This document shows, in pieces, positions 14,624 to 28,426 of a stretch of DNA of 64,000 nt. Within the stretch, counting starts at the first letter, position 1; the number at the start of each line of letters is the position of its first letter. A program made the position numbers and the translations under genes. The notes below the pieces were generated by a model. That model was given only the letters and a program-made list of their open reading frames with translations, was not told where the DNA came from and did not search any database. The stretch lies in assembly GCA_051362555.1 (NCBI GenBank), contig CM120645.1, positions 9,982,001-10,046,000 of the forward strand, given 5' to 3'. Source of the stretch: Lingula anatina. Lineage: Eukaryota; Animalia; Brachiopoda.

Positions 14624-15290
14624 AGGCCCTATTATTTGACAAACACAGAGAAAAAATATAGTCATTTCACCCTAAAACACCCCTAAAACCGAATAAAGTG
14701 ACCCTATATCACGCTCTAGAGATGTTATATGGAATAAACTCGTCCACGTGCACTGGTCACCTCCCGCCAAATTCTTACGTAATGTCTGACCAATTTGGTC
14801 AATTTTTGCTAAATACTTGTTGTGGAAGTTCAACTCGCTTGAATAGTATTTAATCAACCGTCGACACTGACCATGCGCGTGTCAGCTGAGCCACACCTAG
14901 CTGGAACTGCTGCGGAAAAAAGGTCCCAAGGCAAATCCACTTCTTTTAAGTGACATTTCTGATAAACAAGGAGCGTCGGACCGGAATATAGTCAAATTAA
15001 TTCTTCACAAGTGCAAAGTAGGAAGAAATTTACGTTTTTGTGATATTTCTGACAACAAGGCAGACGGATGTTTATAACCAGTCCACAAGATTGATAATTC
15101 TACGTTTTAGTGACATTTTTACTGCGAGGCGGTTTTTTTGAACATCCATGTGCTGGTTTTCATAGCATCCATGAGCTACATGTAATTACAAGTTCAAAGG
15201 GGGAATAGATTTGATTTTTACCGATATTACTGATAAAGAGGAAGAATGAACAGCTTAAATACAAAAGGTAAATAACACAACCGTCGTAAT

Positions 15291-17163
15291 TTTTATGTAC
15301 AGACACAGATGTGTCTGTACATATAGCCATCATCTGCGTCTGTCGTCGCCGTCGTCGCCGTCGGTGCCGTCGTCGCCGTGCACTTTTACCGATAACACGA
15401 TAAGTGGAAAACCATTTTACCTTTTGACTTGAAACTTGCAGAACTGATGAATATTCATAATACGCAGGTCAAGTTCGAAAATCAGCATGATCGGGTCACT
15501 TTTAGGGAATTTATGCTGTTTTTTCACTTTTTTCAGCAAATATGCAGCACCGATAACACGATAAGTGGAAAACCATTTTACCTTTTGACTTGAAACTTAC
15601 AGAACTGATGAATATTCATAATACGCAGGTCAAGTTCGAAAATCAGCATGATCGGGTCACTTTTAGGGTATTTATGCTGTTTTTTCACTTTTTTCAGCAT
15701 ATATGCAGCACCGATAACACGATAAGTGGAAAACCATTTTACCTTTTGACTTGAAACTTACAGAACTGATGAATATTCATAATATGCAGGTCAAGTTCGA
15801 AAATCAGCATGCTTGGGCCATTTTTAGGGAATTTATGCTTTTTTTTCACTATTTTCAATATAAATACAACACTGATAACACAATATAAGAAAAACGGATT
15901 GGCCAATTGTAATTATACTCATAGGAGTGGTCAATCTTACTAAAACGCAGGTTGAGTTCGAAAATCAGCATAATCGGGCCATTATTTTAGAAGTTATACT
16001 GTTTTTCACATTTCCTCAGATTCAATTATTAGGCATGTTAACAGTCTCATTATTTAACTAATAAGATGCCTAAAAGTGTTTGTTTGATATTTCCTGCATC
16101 TTTACAACATTGTTAGTTGATTATGTAAAAAACATGGTAAACTTGTTATCATGTATTGTGTAATAAAGTGTCAAAAATGGAAATAAACTCATATCATTGC
16201 AGTTTGTCAGATTCAATCATCCACTATGTTCAGAATCTCAGAATGGAGGAAATTGGACATTTAACACTGTTCTATTGATACTTTTCCCATCTCATCAATT
16301 TTCTTAGTTGGTCATATAAAATGGCAGTAAAATGTTTATTTTGTTTTATGTTAAAAAAGTGTTAAAAATGGAAATAAACCCATTTCAGAACAGTGCTGTC
16401 TTGTTTACATTTTGGCATTTTCAAGGCGTGACTTTGAAGTTCCATGGGCCTGAAGACCTTGCTAGTCACATTTTCTGAATATCTGTGAAACAAATATTTT
16501 ATAATTAAAAATTGATGGTCATTAAGCTGTTAAACATTATGTAATATTGCATCAAAATTTGAAGAAACCCCTATTTTGGGCACTGCTTCCATGATGACCA
16601 TTTAAGGAAAATCATGTCACTTACTGTTCTCAAACTTACAGGAAAGAAACATGGGACTAAAATACAGCTTCAGTAGGCAATGCAGTCTGTTTGGTATTTT
16701 TATTTATTTATTTATTTATTTTTTTTTGGCAGTTAAACAGTTTTTTGTGAAAATTTAATTTTTCACATATTGGCATTTTCAAGGTGTGACTTTAAAGTTC
16801 CATGATCTTGAAGACTTTTGCTTGTCACATTTTCTGAATGTCCATGTTACTAATATTTTATTAATAACATTTGATTGTCATTATGCTGTTAAACATTATG
16901 TAATGTTGCATCAAAATTTGAAGAAATCCCTATTTTGGGCACTGCTCCTATGATGACCATTTAAGGGTAATCATGTCACTTACTGTTCTCAAACTTACAG
17001 GAAAGAAACATGGGTCTAACATACAGCTTCAATAGGCAACGCAGTCTGTTTGGTAAATTTTTCTGGCAATTTAACAGTTATTTGTGAAAATTTAATTTTT
17101 CACTTATTTGCATCTTTATTTTCTGTTCTTTGTCTGTACATTTGACAGCTTTGCTGCCATGTT
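15291..17163 (-). mobile_element. Helentron-associated/DINE-like non-autonomous element (family A) with about 161-bp internal tandem repeats
   Basis: One end has the hairpin TATGTACAGACAC-AGAT-GTGTCTGTACATA plus a (GTCGCC)n microsatellite; the other end is TGTCTGTACATTTGACAGCTTTGCTGCC. Repeat units start at 15391, 15552 and 15713. Near-identical reverse copy at 50949-52770. Confidence 0.85.
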
Positions 17164-18429
17164 TTTGTGTATGCACGTGTGGTTTAAATGTAAAATAATT
17201 CCCGCTTTCAAACCATACACATATGATATGACTTAGTGAGATAAAATGATAAATATTAATTGTTGAACATGAAAAGTTTATGCTGATTTTTAAGAGTGTG
17301 AGAGATTTTAAATTTGTCTAGATATATAACGCAAGCAAAGTCGCTATTCTCTTGCTGCCAAAAGGTTACATGTGAAGCTCTGGCTTCGGCTTTCAGCATT
17401 TTAGAAACCTCGACTTATATAACCAAGATGTAGTTGTGAAATTCTAGACTTCATCGAGGTTAAATCCGAGTTTTCCGATGTAGAGTGAAGCGAGGTTGCC
17501 CTCGATCTTTGCTGAAGCTTATCTAAATGGACAGGCTTCAGTGACCAGCATATCGCCACGGTCACATAACATCCCTAGGTATGTATCATTATATTTCTAT
17601 GAGCTGTTCACAATGTATATAATGTGAAAAATGAATCACACTTAAGAGTTGTTATCACTTTATCTATACACACTTTTTCCACATTTTAGAATCGTATACT
17701 GACTGCAATTTGTCGCACTGTTAACGTTTATACGATATTGACTAGATATATCTATTTTATCATAATGCTGTTTTGTTTAATTGCTCACGTCTTTAAAGTT
17801 AAATAAAATACATAATCACTTAATGGGATACCATGGAAGATAATTGGCAGTACAATAACATTATTATTGTTTTCCATGGCATATTAAATTGTTTTCTGTA
17901 AGCACCATGCACCTTAATTGGTTATAAGAAAATATACTTGGCACTATGTGTAATGTAAAGATTATACAATGGCAGGATAAAAAATACATCCACATGAACG
18001 TACATTTAAATCAACTTTTATCTATGGAACATAAAATTTTGTATATGATATACAGTAGGCACAACATGGACCATCATTCTTACCATCATCTCCAATAATA
18101 GGCCTACGATCACTTCTCCCGTTTCATGCACCATTCTGGATTTTTTAGATATTTTAATATTAATTTAAATATTTAAAAACCATCAATATGTGCAATAAAC
18201 AATTTTTGATTCCAAATCCACAATGTTTGACTCCACTATTATATCAGTGTAAATAGGCCCTACGTTAGTGTTTCATTGTGGTGTTTGCTGATTACTAACT
18301 GTGGGCCTCCACAAAATATAGGCCCTACGACTTGTATTGTTCGTTTATGTCAAAATCATCAAGTTAATCAAATACTTCAGTGGCTCACGTCATACGATAG
18401 CAGCGCACGCCTTCTACGTACGTCTTCTT

Positions 18430-21400
18430 TCATGATAAACTCTTAATGATCCGCTCCGCCTCGCGTATCCCAGAGTTCCTCGCTCCGTGCATGGTAGAGT
18501 TGAAGGCCACGTCGGTCGCCTCGCCTGCAAAAAGCAGACGAACTTCTCCCCGGTCGTCTGCTACCGGCTCCGCAAGTTTGGCAAAATCCTCAGGAGAGCC
18601 TGGTAGTGTAAGAGCGACGTATGACCCCAGTGTGTACAGGTCCGTCCCCCACTGGGAGCGGATTATCTTGCTCGGTTCCGGGATGGTTTGGTCGCCAAGG
18701 AAAGATCGGAGAATTTCGGTGCATTTTCGACTGACGTCGGCTTCAGGGAGGAGCTCCGCTTGCCGCGCCTCTATGAATCCAGATATCCAGCCTACTAGCA
18801 CGTTGGGATGGGTCGGGTATTCGTCGAATGAAAAGATCCGTTTGTACCACTCCTTATATGGATCTCTGACCACGCCCTCTTCCCCTCTCCACGCCAATTT
18901 AACGCTCCCCAGTTGTCCCCTTTTCCAGAAAGGCTTGTCGTACACGAGGAAAAGTTTATCAACGCAGCCAGCATTTATTTTGTCTATTGCCAACAACTTA
19001 TCCACTGGAAGGGAAGGTTCAAAAATTCTATGGGCGTGTTGTTTCAGGTAACCCAGAGGCACTGTGACTAGACATACGTCTGCCGTGTACGTTTCACCAT
19101 TTGAGCAGACGACAATGACGTCAGCGCGATCCTTGACGTCATTTTTCCACCTAATCTTCGTCACTTCTCGATTAAGTCGAACACACCCGTCTGGTAGATT
19201 ACTCGATAGAGGCTTAAGAACAGATGCCAACCCTTTGGCGACCAGCGCGTCCCCTCCGACTATTTCTGTGAAATTCTCCAAGTCGAGCACCGGCACGTGC
19301 GGAAGATCGCTCCCAACGTAGACCTGTTCGCCATTTTTAATACAATTGAAAATGGCGGCCGCAGTTTCTTGTTCGTCGTCCCGGAATTGCTGTCTCTCCT
19401 CTTCGTATCTCACGCTGAAGTAGTCTTCAACTGTCATTGAAGATTTGTCCTTGCTTGTGCTTGGGGAATAAACCTCGTCACTGATGGTTGTGTAGACCGT
19501 CCAGACTCTGTCGCTCAGTTCTTTGTTGATCTCCAAGCCATCTTGCGTGTAGAATGCGCCGTCTGACAGTCTGAAAATATAATATTATTTATGAACAGTT
19601 CGTCATTTAACAGAATTTCCAAACCGAGAATAACTCATGATACCATAAAACATTTTCACTGTTACACCACCGGGGGAGGGGGGTATATACTGTTTATACG
19701 GTAACACCATATGTGAAACATCGATTTAACTTAGAAAGTTTTAACTTAAGGTTAAAAACTTTAAGAGGAACTTTAAGCCCAAAAACTTAGACCCCCCCCC
19801 TCCACAAACACACACAAGACACAAGATGACTACACCCATCAATAGTATAAAATTATATTATAATGTAAAAATATAAAATATAATATAAAAAAATTAATTA
19901 CTCAATGTAGAGCAAAGACTAAGAAAATGTCGCAAAAAAGACAAAGGGACATAATGATGATATAAATTTATTAAATATCATTGTAACCAAAAGTACAAAG
20001 TTGTTAAAAATATGAGTTCAAATGGAATTCAATAGTTCCATAGTTCTAAGCGCTTTTTTGCAAGTAGGCCTAACGACCATTTATATATCATTTGATATGA
20101 TAAATAGAAAACACTTTTAAATTTAAGTTCACATGCATGTTTGTGGTTACGTTGCCCCCAACAAAACACGCCAATATAAAGGATATGAGATTCTTCAAGA
20201 GTTCATCGTCAATAGGAATTTTGCCTGACAATTTGCTTTTAAAAGCTTATACACTAAAATCACCTTGACTCAGCACTATTTAAAGCACATTTGATTAAGC
20301 ATGCATATCAAACACATGCCACCGGCGTCAAGACAGGGTTGATTTACCGTAAACACCACTGCGTTAAATATAGAGCACCTGATAAGACACGGTGCATTGC
20401 TTTATTGATATACGGCACACCTTAACAAACATGGTCAATCATAAAGCCTAGATTACATTTACACGGGCGCCGTGCGATGAAATATTGTCCGTACGATTTT
20501 TTATGAAATCGTAGGGAGCTATGGGCTACGCTGAGTATGTCTACATTACATGGCCTTAAATCAGTAGGATTCCGTGCGATTTCGCACGGCCACCGTCTAT
20601 ACCTCCGCTCAGACGCCGTACGAAAGGGGCATTACGTGCACCGTAATATAACAAATCACTACACAAATAAAAGGGCGATGAGCAGAATGCAGAAAAGCTG
20701 GTGATCATACGAGTTTAATTGGAAACAAAAGGAAGCGTATTGATCTGACTGCATTCGGCGGGAGTCCCCGTGGAGTTAGTGCGCAGTATCTGGTACCTAG
20801 TACAATAGATTCATTGGGAACGCGCCGTTATTCTAGATCTACACAAACACCGCTGTCCTCACCTTGTGGACAAGAACCCTTCTCTCACGAGGCCATGCTT
20901 CTGTGCCAGAGTGTACACGGAGTTTTCGGCAGTCGTTCCGTGGATATAGTTGGCCCCCAGCTCTATAAGGCCGTCACCCTCCTTTACTGTGTGGATTCTT
21001 CCACCTACCCTGAAACACGTGGTGAACAGGTTATTATTATTTAAAAAAAAATATTATTGTGAGGATGGGAAGGACCGCAGCCACCGTGCGGGAGAGAGGT
21101 AGAAAGCAACGAACATATAGATACTGTATGTTGCCATACTCTGCCATAGTGAGTTTTTAAAGAATTTATTTGGGAAAGGGGGGGGGGGGGGGGGCGGGAA
21201 AAAGGAAGAGAGTAACCTTCTTTCTATAAAATTTAAACGCGTTTAGTAAAAAAGTAATTATACAAGATTTGGCCTATAACAACAGAAGGGTGAACAGAAA
21301 CTACAGAAGGTTTACATTTAGATGTGACGAACGCGTCGAGGGGAGGGGGGGGTAAACGGTAAGGCCTCTATTTGTACATGTATTTGTAGTTGAGGGTGAA

Positions 21401-22100
21401 ATCGGGTCAGTGTATAAATTATTCTGTTGACTTAATATGTTATTTTAAAGACTAGTACTTCAGGTACTTTTCTGAGGCCTGCAAAACAACATGGCCCCGT
21501 AGAATTTCTGTAGAATCTCCACACGATTCCCGATGATATTTCTATTGGGTTTTTGTCCCACAGAATTCCCATAGAGGTGCCGTAGAACAGATGGAATTCC
21601 ATAAGCCGACAAGAAATTTTAGTTAAGGTTTCAAAGTAGTCGGGACCTCAACCAAAACACCAACAGACCATCCTAAACACATTAGGCCTACGAAATAAAA
21701 TGAAATGGGATAAAATAAAGCGCCATCTTTCATTGGCCTACATAATAAAAGATTTATGCACATTAATTAAGGTTATCAAAATAAAAAGGTGAATAAATTT
21801 ATTAATTAATGTGAGGAATATATTGTGCATGTAATAAGAAAATGAAGGTGTTTTATAAAAACACGAAAAGAGCGTCCTATTAAAGCCCAGTGAGCGCCAC
21901 ACGCTCTAAGAACAACAGTATTCTGAGCACGTGCCACGTAGACCTACTGGTGAGGCAGCGTTCGGTACGTACCTGTTTCTTGCCTCCAGAACAACGATGT
22001 CTCGGATGCCTGCACTGATCAAGACGTCTGCCGCGGACAGTCCTGCCATCCCCGCTCCTACGATGATAACCCTGTACTTACCGACGCCAGTGGAATCCAT
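18430..22100 (-). CDS. FAD-dependent polyamine oxidase (spermine oxidase / N1-acetylpolyamine oxidase family), 3 exons, 471 aa
   Basis: Exons 22100-21973, 21009-20863 and 19570-18430 splice in phase. Motifs: VIIVGAGMAGLSAA (FAD binding), LEARNRVGGRIHT, ELGANYIHG, VTVPLGYLK, DKLFL, W..D.YTLGSY, LLFAGEAT..STMHGARNSGIREAERI. SMOX versus PAOX orthology cannot be resolved by eye. Confidence 0.93.
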
Positions 22101-22273
22101 ATTTGTTGCCACTGGGGAGCTGGGTTTTATGTCAAATACGGTAGCTATATTATATTGGCTGGTTAAGCGGCGGTGAATGCCGCGATATATTGACTGGAGT
22201 GTGGGTCGAGTCATGTCAGGTCAAGAGATGGCGGATTGTGTTATCCAAGGCCAATATCTAGATGCCATACCAG

Positions 22274-22306
<33 letters not shown>

Positions 22307-22414
22307 AATAAATAAATAAAATAAAAAAAAATTTAAAAAAATTAAAAAATTAAAAAAACTAGATGTAATACCAGGCAAAAAAAAAAGGTATCTTAAAGCA
22401 GCTGCTATGATGTA

Positions 22415-25095
22415 TAGTCCGGTGGCTTAAGGAAAAAATCGTGACACGGCGGATAAAAGCACCAAATTTTGCATGTGGGTACCTTTTGAGATTCTAAATC
22501 AAATTAGAGCCGTAGCCCACGGAAAAAAATTACCGTTTGGCCAAAAAATCCAAAATGGCCGCCAATTTATTGAATTCTTTAGAAATATGTATATGCCTAT
22601 GTTGATTTTTATCAAATAAATTACTTTTTCAAAGTTTTCCACACCCTTATAACCCATTTTATTCATATATGTCAGATAGCAAACAAGTTCCCTTGGACTT
22701 TTTGAAAAAATCCAAGATGTCTGTCATTTGCCATAGAAACGGAACAGCCATAGGAATACTAGTGCACAACTATTATCAGCTAGAACGATACGTTGTCCAC
22801 TATTAAATTAAGTCTGCTTCTCAGATCTTTGTTACCCACATAATATGTTTGTGGTGAGTAACTGCGAAGTGTTCTTGGGCATTTTGGAAAATCCAAGATG
22901 GGTGCCATGTGCCACAGGAATTCTAGTATACGGTGATTCAACTAATGGCAACTGGAAAGATTAATTTTTCACTGTCAAATTAAGCTGGTTTCTGAGTGTT
23001 TTTCCACATCCTTTCTACCCACACAATATGTATGTGGTGAGTAACTAACAGTATTCTTGGGCATTTTGAGAAAATCCAAGATGGCCGTCATATGTAATAG
23101 GAATACTTATGGTATTACAAAGGGTTGGAACTAATGCCAGCTAATTAACTATCAAATTCAGTTTATTTTTTAGTGCTTTACACATTATTATTACACTGTG
23201 ATACATATCTAGCAGGTAATAAATGTGCATATTTGATCATTTTGAGAAAACCCAAGATGGCCGTCACTGGCCATAGGAATACTACTGGAATTACAACTGC
23301 ACATCCATGGCTTTTCATCTACTACCAGGGTGAATTTGTGTTTGCTTATCAAGTTTTGCCCATCCTTATAAGTCTTATGATATATATCTGGTAGGTAAAT
23401 AGTGTGCATTCTTGGATATTCCGAGAAAAAGATACCTACAATTTAACATAGGAATACTAATGGGTGGGTTTCAATTGCTGCTAGAGAGGCATATGGTTCA
23501 TTATACAATGACATTTCCATGGGTTTGTTTTAAAAATAATTTATGTTTTTCATTCCATTTATTATTACTCCTATGATGTATACCTGGTCTGTAGCATGTG
23601 TGTATCTTTGGGTATTCTGAAAAAATTCAAGATGTCTGCCTTTTGTCATTAGAATATTCGAACACATAATCAAATAATGCTAGAAATACACTGAGTACGA
23701 TTTAAACATAGTTAACGTTGGGTCGTTTTTAATGTTTTTCATATCCTATTTATCCTTATGAAAGACTCTGTGTGTTTTGAAAGTGTATGTATCCTTGAGT
23801 ATTATTCGGAGATAACCCAAGATAGCTGCCAGTTGTCATAGGAATATATCATTCAAATGCACATAGGTGTCAATTAATAAAACAGTTCAGACATTGATGC
23901 CAACATGAAATAAAGCCGTTTGATGTTTAAACATGTTGACAACCTTATTAACCTTACTCTTTATAAATCTGGTGTGTAACAAGTGTGCATCTTGCGTATT
24001 TGAGAAAATTCAAGATTGCTGCAATTCACAATAGGAATAGTACAGTCAACTACTGCCAGAGAGACATTGGGTTCAATATAAAATGAATTTTGTTTCTCTG
24101 TATTTCCCACATTCTTTTTGGACTTTTAGATATCTATCTGGTGGATAACAAGTGTATACCCTTAGGTATTTTGAAAAAATATCATGATTACCCTCATTTG
24201 CCTTAGAAGTGCCTATTAAATCTAATGCACCACTTTTCCTATGGGGAAAAGAAGGCCATCTTGGATTTCCCCAAAATGATAAAATATGGACATTAATTAC
24301 CTAACAGATATGTATCATGGGATAATAATAATACTAAAAAACAGAATAACAACTGAATTCAGCTTCATTTTATTTGTAAGCCTATCTCTCGCAGGTATTA
24401 ACTGAACCCCACCTTCTATGGCTAATGGCAGCCATTTTGTTTTGTTTTCAAAAAGGATACACATAACATTCTCATCACATATATATTATATGAATTAAAA
24501 AGATGTGGAAAATACTCAGAAACAAACCTAATTTATCAATTAATATTATATCTCCATGGCAGAAGAAGCCCTATGTGTATACTAGTATTCCTTTGATATG
24601 GGGGCCATCTTGGATTTTTCTCGAATTACCTGTGAATAAAGGTTAGTTACTCACCACAAATATATTATTTGTGTAATAAGAAACAAAATTAGTTAGATAG
24701 TGGGCAATGCATCTTCCTAGTTGGCATTAGTTAGTTGAACACCCTTGTACATGTTCTAGTATTCCTATGCCATACGGCGGCCATCTTGAATTTTTCAATA
24801 AGTCCAAGGACACTAGTTTGATACCTGACACATATGCATAATATGGGTAATAACGATGTGGAAAACATTGAGAAAATACTTAATTTGATAAAAATCAACA
24901 TAGATATGTATATATTTCTACAAAATTTCACAAATTGGCGGCCATTTTGGATTTTTTGGCCAAACGGTAAATTTTTTCCGTGGGCTACGGCTCTAATTTG
25001 ATTTAGTATGTCAAAAGGTACCCACATGCAAAATTTGGTGCTTTTATCCGCTGTGTCACGGTTTGGCCATTTTTTTGCCCTAAGCAACCGGACTA
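22415..25095. mobile_element. Academ-like non-autonomous (foldback) DNA transposon, 2.68 kb
   Basis: Termini TAGTCCGGT...ACCGGACTA, 3-bp duplication GTA on both sides, TIRs of roughly 300 bp or more, internal repeats with AAAATCCAAGATGGC forward in the left arm and GCCATCTTGGATTT in the right arm. Confidence 0.85.
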
Positions 25096-25211
25096 GTATT
25101 GAATAACAACAAAAATAGTGTATCAGTTATAAAATCAATCCAGATTTATTATGACTTTGAAAACGTAGTTATACAAAATTGAAAAGAGGAAAGGAATGGA
25201 CATTTATTTAA

Positions 25212-25490
25212 AGGAAAGCACTCAGAGAGCACAAACCTCTAGCTGCCAAGGTGATTCAATTCTCATAATTGTTATTAATTAATTAATTATTGATTTATTA
25301 ATTAATTTAGGGATCACACTGGAAATTTCATGACCTTTTGCATAATGTTGCTTACAGACATTAATTAATTAATTAATGGATCATCACCAAAATCCAATCA
25401 TTAATTACTTGGTCCCTCAATCCTGACAGTTTCTTAAAATTTCATCAAAATCTATCAGACAAACAAACAACCAAAAGCATAACCTCCAGG
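25212..25490 (+). mobile_element. Short HINE/DINE-like element (family C), degenerate
   Basis: GAAAGCACTCAGAGAG..ACCTCT..GCCAAGG start, then CAGACAAAC repeats and CATAACCTCC end, like the copies at 54946 and 58116. Confidence 0.65.
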
Positions 25491-26235
25491 TTGAAAAAGT
25501 GGGGCCGTCTCAATAATCCGGAGGTTTAGTGTTCCGAAAGTTCATTGGTCCGAAAAAATTGTATTCATGCACCTCTCTGAATGAACTTAACTTTATCACC
25601 AGTACACTTTATTCACGCATTAATTAATTGAGACTATCAAACTTTAGAATTATTACTACAGGGCCCCGCAAAAGCAGTACAAGATACTAACACAAAATAC
25701 TGCACCAATCTTACATGCATATTTGTATTAATAACTGATAACAATAATGTCAAGATAGAACGCATAATTTCTTTGGATTTTCATTATCCTATTAGCACAA
25801 ATACTTCCACCTTCAGTAACTACACGTGTCACCTTTCTCCAGTATATGCGGCACCATTCTCTCTGTAGTTTATATAGTATTACATTATTTATTGGTTTAC
25901 CATTTCAAACCTTAAATCATAAGGATCTGTCACATCTAATGAGCCTAAAACAAATACTCCCACTTAAGTAGTATAGATAATGAATATGAACATCAACTGT
26001 GTTTTGAAGTATGTGCCAATTGCTTGTTGCTTAAAATAAAATTCCTCTTATGTTTATCAATCTATTATATTTATGATCGTTGTAACTAAACATATGCATA
26101 TATGAGAAATTATTATCTAAATGCTTTCTCTTGCATCATTAGATAACTAAACTACACCCCATGCATGTGCCAAGAATGCACACATTTCATACTAGTGACA
26201 ACATACGAGCACTGCTTCAGGTAAACTGACATTAT

Positions 26236-26765
26236 AAGTAGGGTGACATGCTTTGTATTGTCCATATATATGCTCTCCAAAATATGACACACACAAAATA
26301 AACTGAACACAACTATATTATGCTACATTTAATATATATTGTTCTGCATACATCTAAAAATTAATTTCATAAATATTTTTGTTTTACTACACTTTATATT
26401 TTAATACATGTAGGGTGACATTTGTATTGTTCATGCAATCACAGATAAATAAAAATATGCTCTCCAAAATATGACACACAAATACAATAAACTAAACACA
26501 AGTTTATTACGCTACATTTAATATATAGTATTCTGCATACATTAAAAATTAATTACATAAATGTTTTGGTTTTACTAAATCTTATATTTTAATATAAGTA
26601 GGGTGACAGTTGAATTGTCCATGCAATCAAAGATAAATTAAAATATGCTCTCCAAAATATAACACAAACACACGCAATAAACTGAACACAACTATATTAT
26701 GCTACATTTAATATAAAGTATTCTGCATATACATTTAAAAATGAATTACATAAATATTTGTTTTA
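26236..26765 (+). repeat. Three diverged tandem repeats of about 170-190 bp
   Basis: GTAGGGTGACA...TATGCTCTCCAAAATAT...GCTACATTTAATATA recurs at about 26238, 26410 and 26598. Confidence 0.85.
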
Positions 26766-27779
26766 CTATTCAAATCTTCAAATTCAAGGTATACAGTACA
26801 TGTATAATAAATAACTACATCAAATCAGAGTTTTCTATATGCAATATATGTCCACGCATCATGCAGGGGACTAATATACACATTTAACAAGTACATCTTT
26901 AGAAGAGAGAACACTTATGACAATGCACAGCACATACATGTACGACACCACATGTATGTACAGGTAGACAAATCATATTCTGGTAAAATGCCAACATACA
27001 CCTCATAGCTCCAGCTGCATTCTTAACCAAGTTTCCAGAGACAAGGAAGACCCAGGGCAGGGGGCGGGTAAGGGGGGGTTCAAAGGGTTTGAACAAGCAC
27101 CTTTTTTGGCAGGGGAAAAAGTCCACTAGTTCCTTGTAAAATTGATCTACTGGTAGGTACATTATGGTTAAAGTCCCCCCCCCCTATGAACTAGCTGGCT
27201 ACAGGCCTTAATTCTCAGTCTGATGTTAACTGGTGCTTTGTAAAGAAATTGATTCAGACTATATGCAGAATAAAAATATTGTAGATGTGTTAAAACATTT
27301 AGTATAAATACACACACACTATGCAATAGAGAGATTTATCTATAAAATATTGAAAAAGCACTGATATAAAAAAACTATTACTCTTACACAAAAGACAGAA
27401 CTCCAAGCATTTCACTTCCTTGTTATAATAACTAAGTCAATTTGCCACATTAGGATTATGTCCAATGATATGATGCCACTGGTATCCTGAAGAGTTTCAC
27501 ATAATCCATGTGCCTTGGTCGAAAATCAATAGGTAAGTCTCTTGAAATTCTTAAGTCAGCCCTGTGTAAACTTTACTGCGTTCCTAGTTTTGGCATATGC
27601 ACAAAGCTACTAATCATACTTATGGTTTGTGTAGAATATATGCATTACTTGCATTTTTGTTTGAAAATGGTTGAATATAGAAAACGTACAATTTTTTTCA
27701 CAATGTACATCAACGTAACTGCCAGGAAATTAGTTGCATTGTCAGACAACTGCTGGTCAAAACGGCAATTTTCCCGTAC

Positions 27780-27886
27780 TCACCAATGGTCAATGACCCT
27801 ATTCCTGCATTCAAAGTTAGTCCAGGTTTTTTCCTAAACGCTTGGTTTTTTGTTAAAATCTCTTAAGAGATTTTAACTGACAGAGC
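27780..27886 (-). mobile_element. End of a dispersed repeat carrying a 26-bp perfect palindrome; inverted copy starts at about 39641
   Basis: GTTAAAATCTCTTAAGAGATTTTAAC occurs at about 27852 and 39645, with homologous flanks (AAAAAACCAAGC..GACTAACTTTGAATG). Confidence 0.7.
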
Positions 27887-28426
27887 CCTCTCTGACATAT
27901 TAAATAGTCACGTGATATCGAGCGGGGTTTTCTGATGACCTACCGGGTACATAAATCCGAGGGAAAAGCAGACAACAACAACACTTTATTACAATAAAAT
28001 AAGATTCATACGATATAATCATCTTATTGCTCAGAATGCATTTACACTGTATATCTACAATGTGTGCAGTTCTGGGCTTTTCATTATCCGACACACTGTA
28101 CAAAAACTCGCAACTTACGTCTGAGGATTGTGTCATGCACCTGCTATATCTTATCCAGCCACATGTTATTTTGGTCTCGAATGCACGCGAGAATCCGCGT
28201 GATGCACCAACATCCTTGGCAACGAATGCCTTGACGACCGGGAAGAAAGGCACCGAAAGCCCTATTGTCAAGCACAGTTTTTAGTTTCACTACAATAACA
28301 GCCGTTTTAGTGTTGAAATGCAATATAGTAAATATTTATGTGTTGTTTAGAATGTATTTCTTGCAGAATTTTGAATCTCAAAGGAAGAGTTATTATTGCT
28401 TTAATGTTGAGACCTGATCATGAAGA

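Noticed and set aside
18446-19051. 201-aa plus-strand ORF
   Set aside because: Antisense shadow of the GC-rich oxidase exon; no recognisable motifs.
21906-22214. Upstream ATG at 22214 as the oxidase start
   Set aside because: In frame and possible, but ATG 22100 immediately precedes the FAD-binding strand as in homologues; the extension is unsupported without transcript data.
27900-28284. 123-aa and 85-aa ORFs next to the protease exon
   Set aside because: No domain motifs or splice support; probably repeat or 3' UTR sequence.
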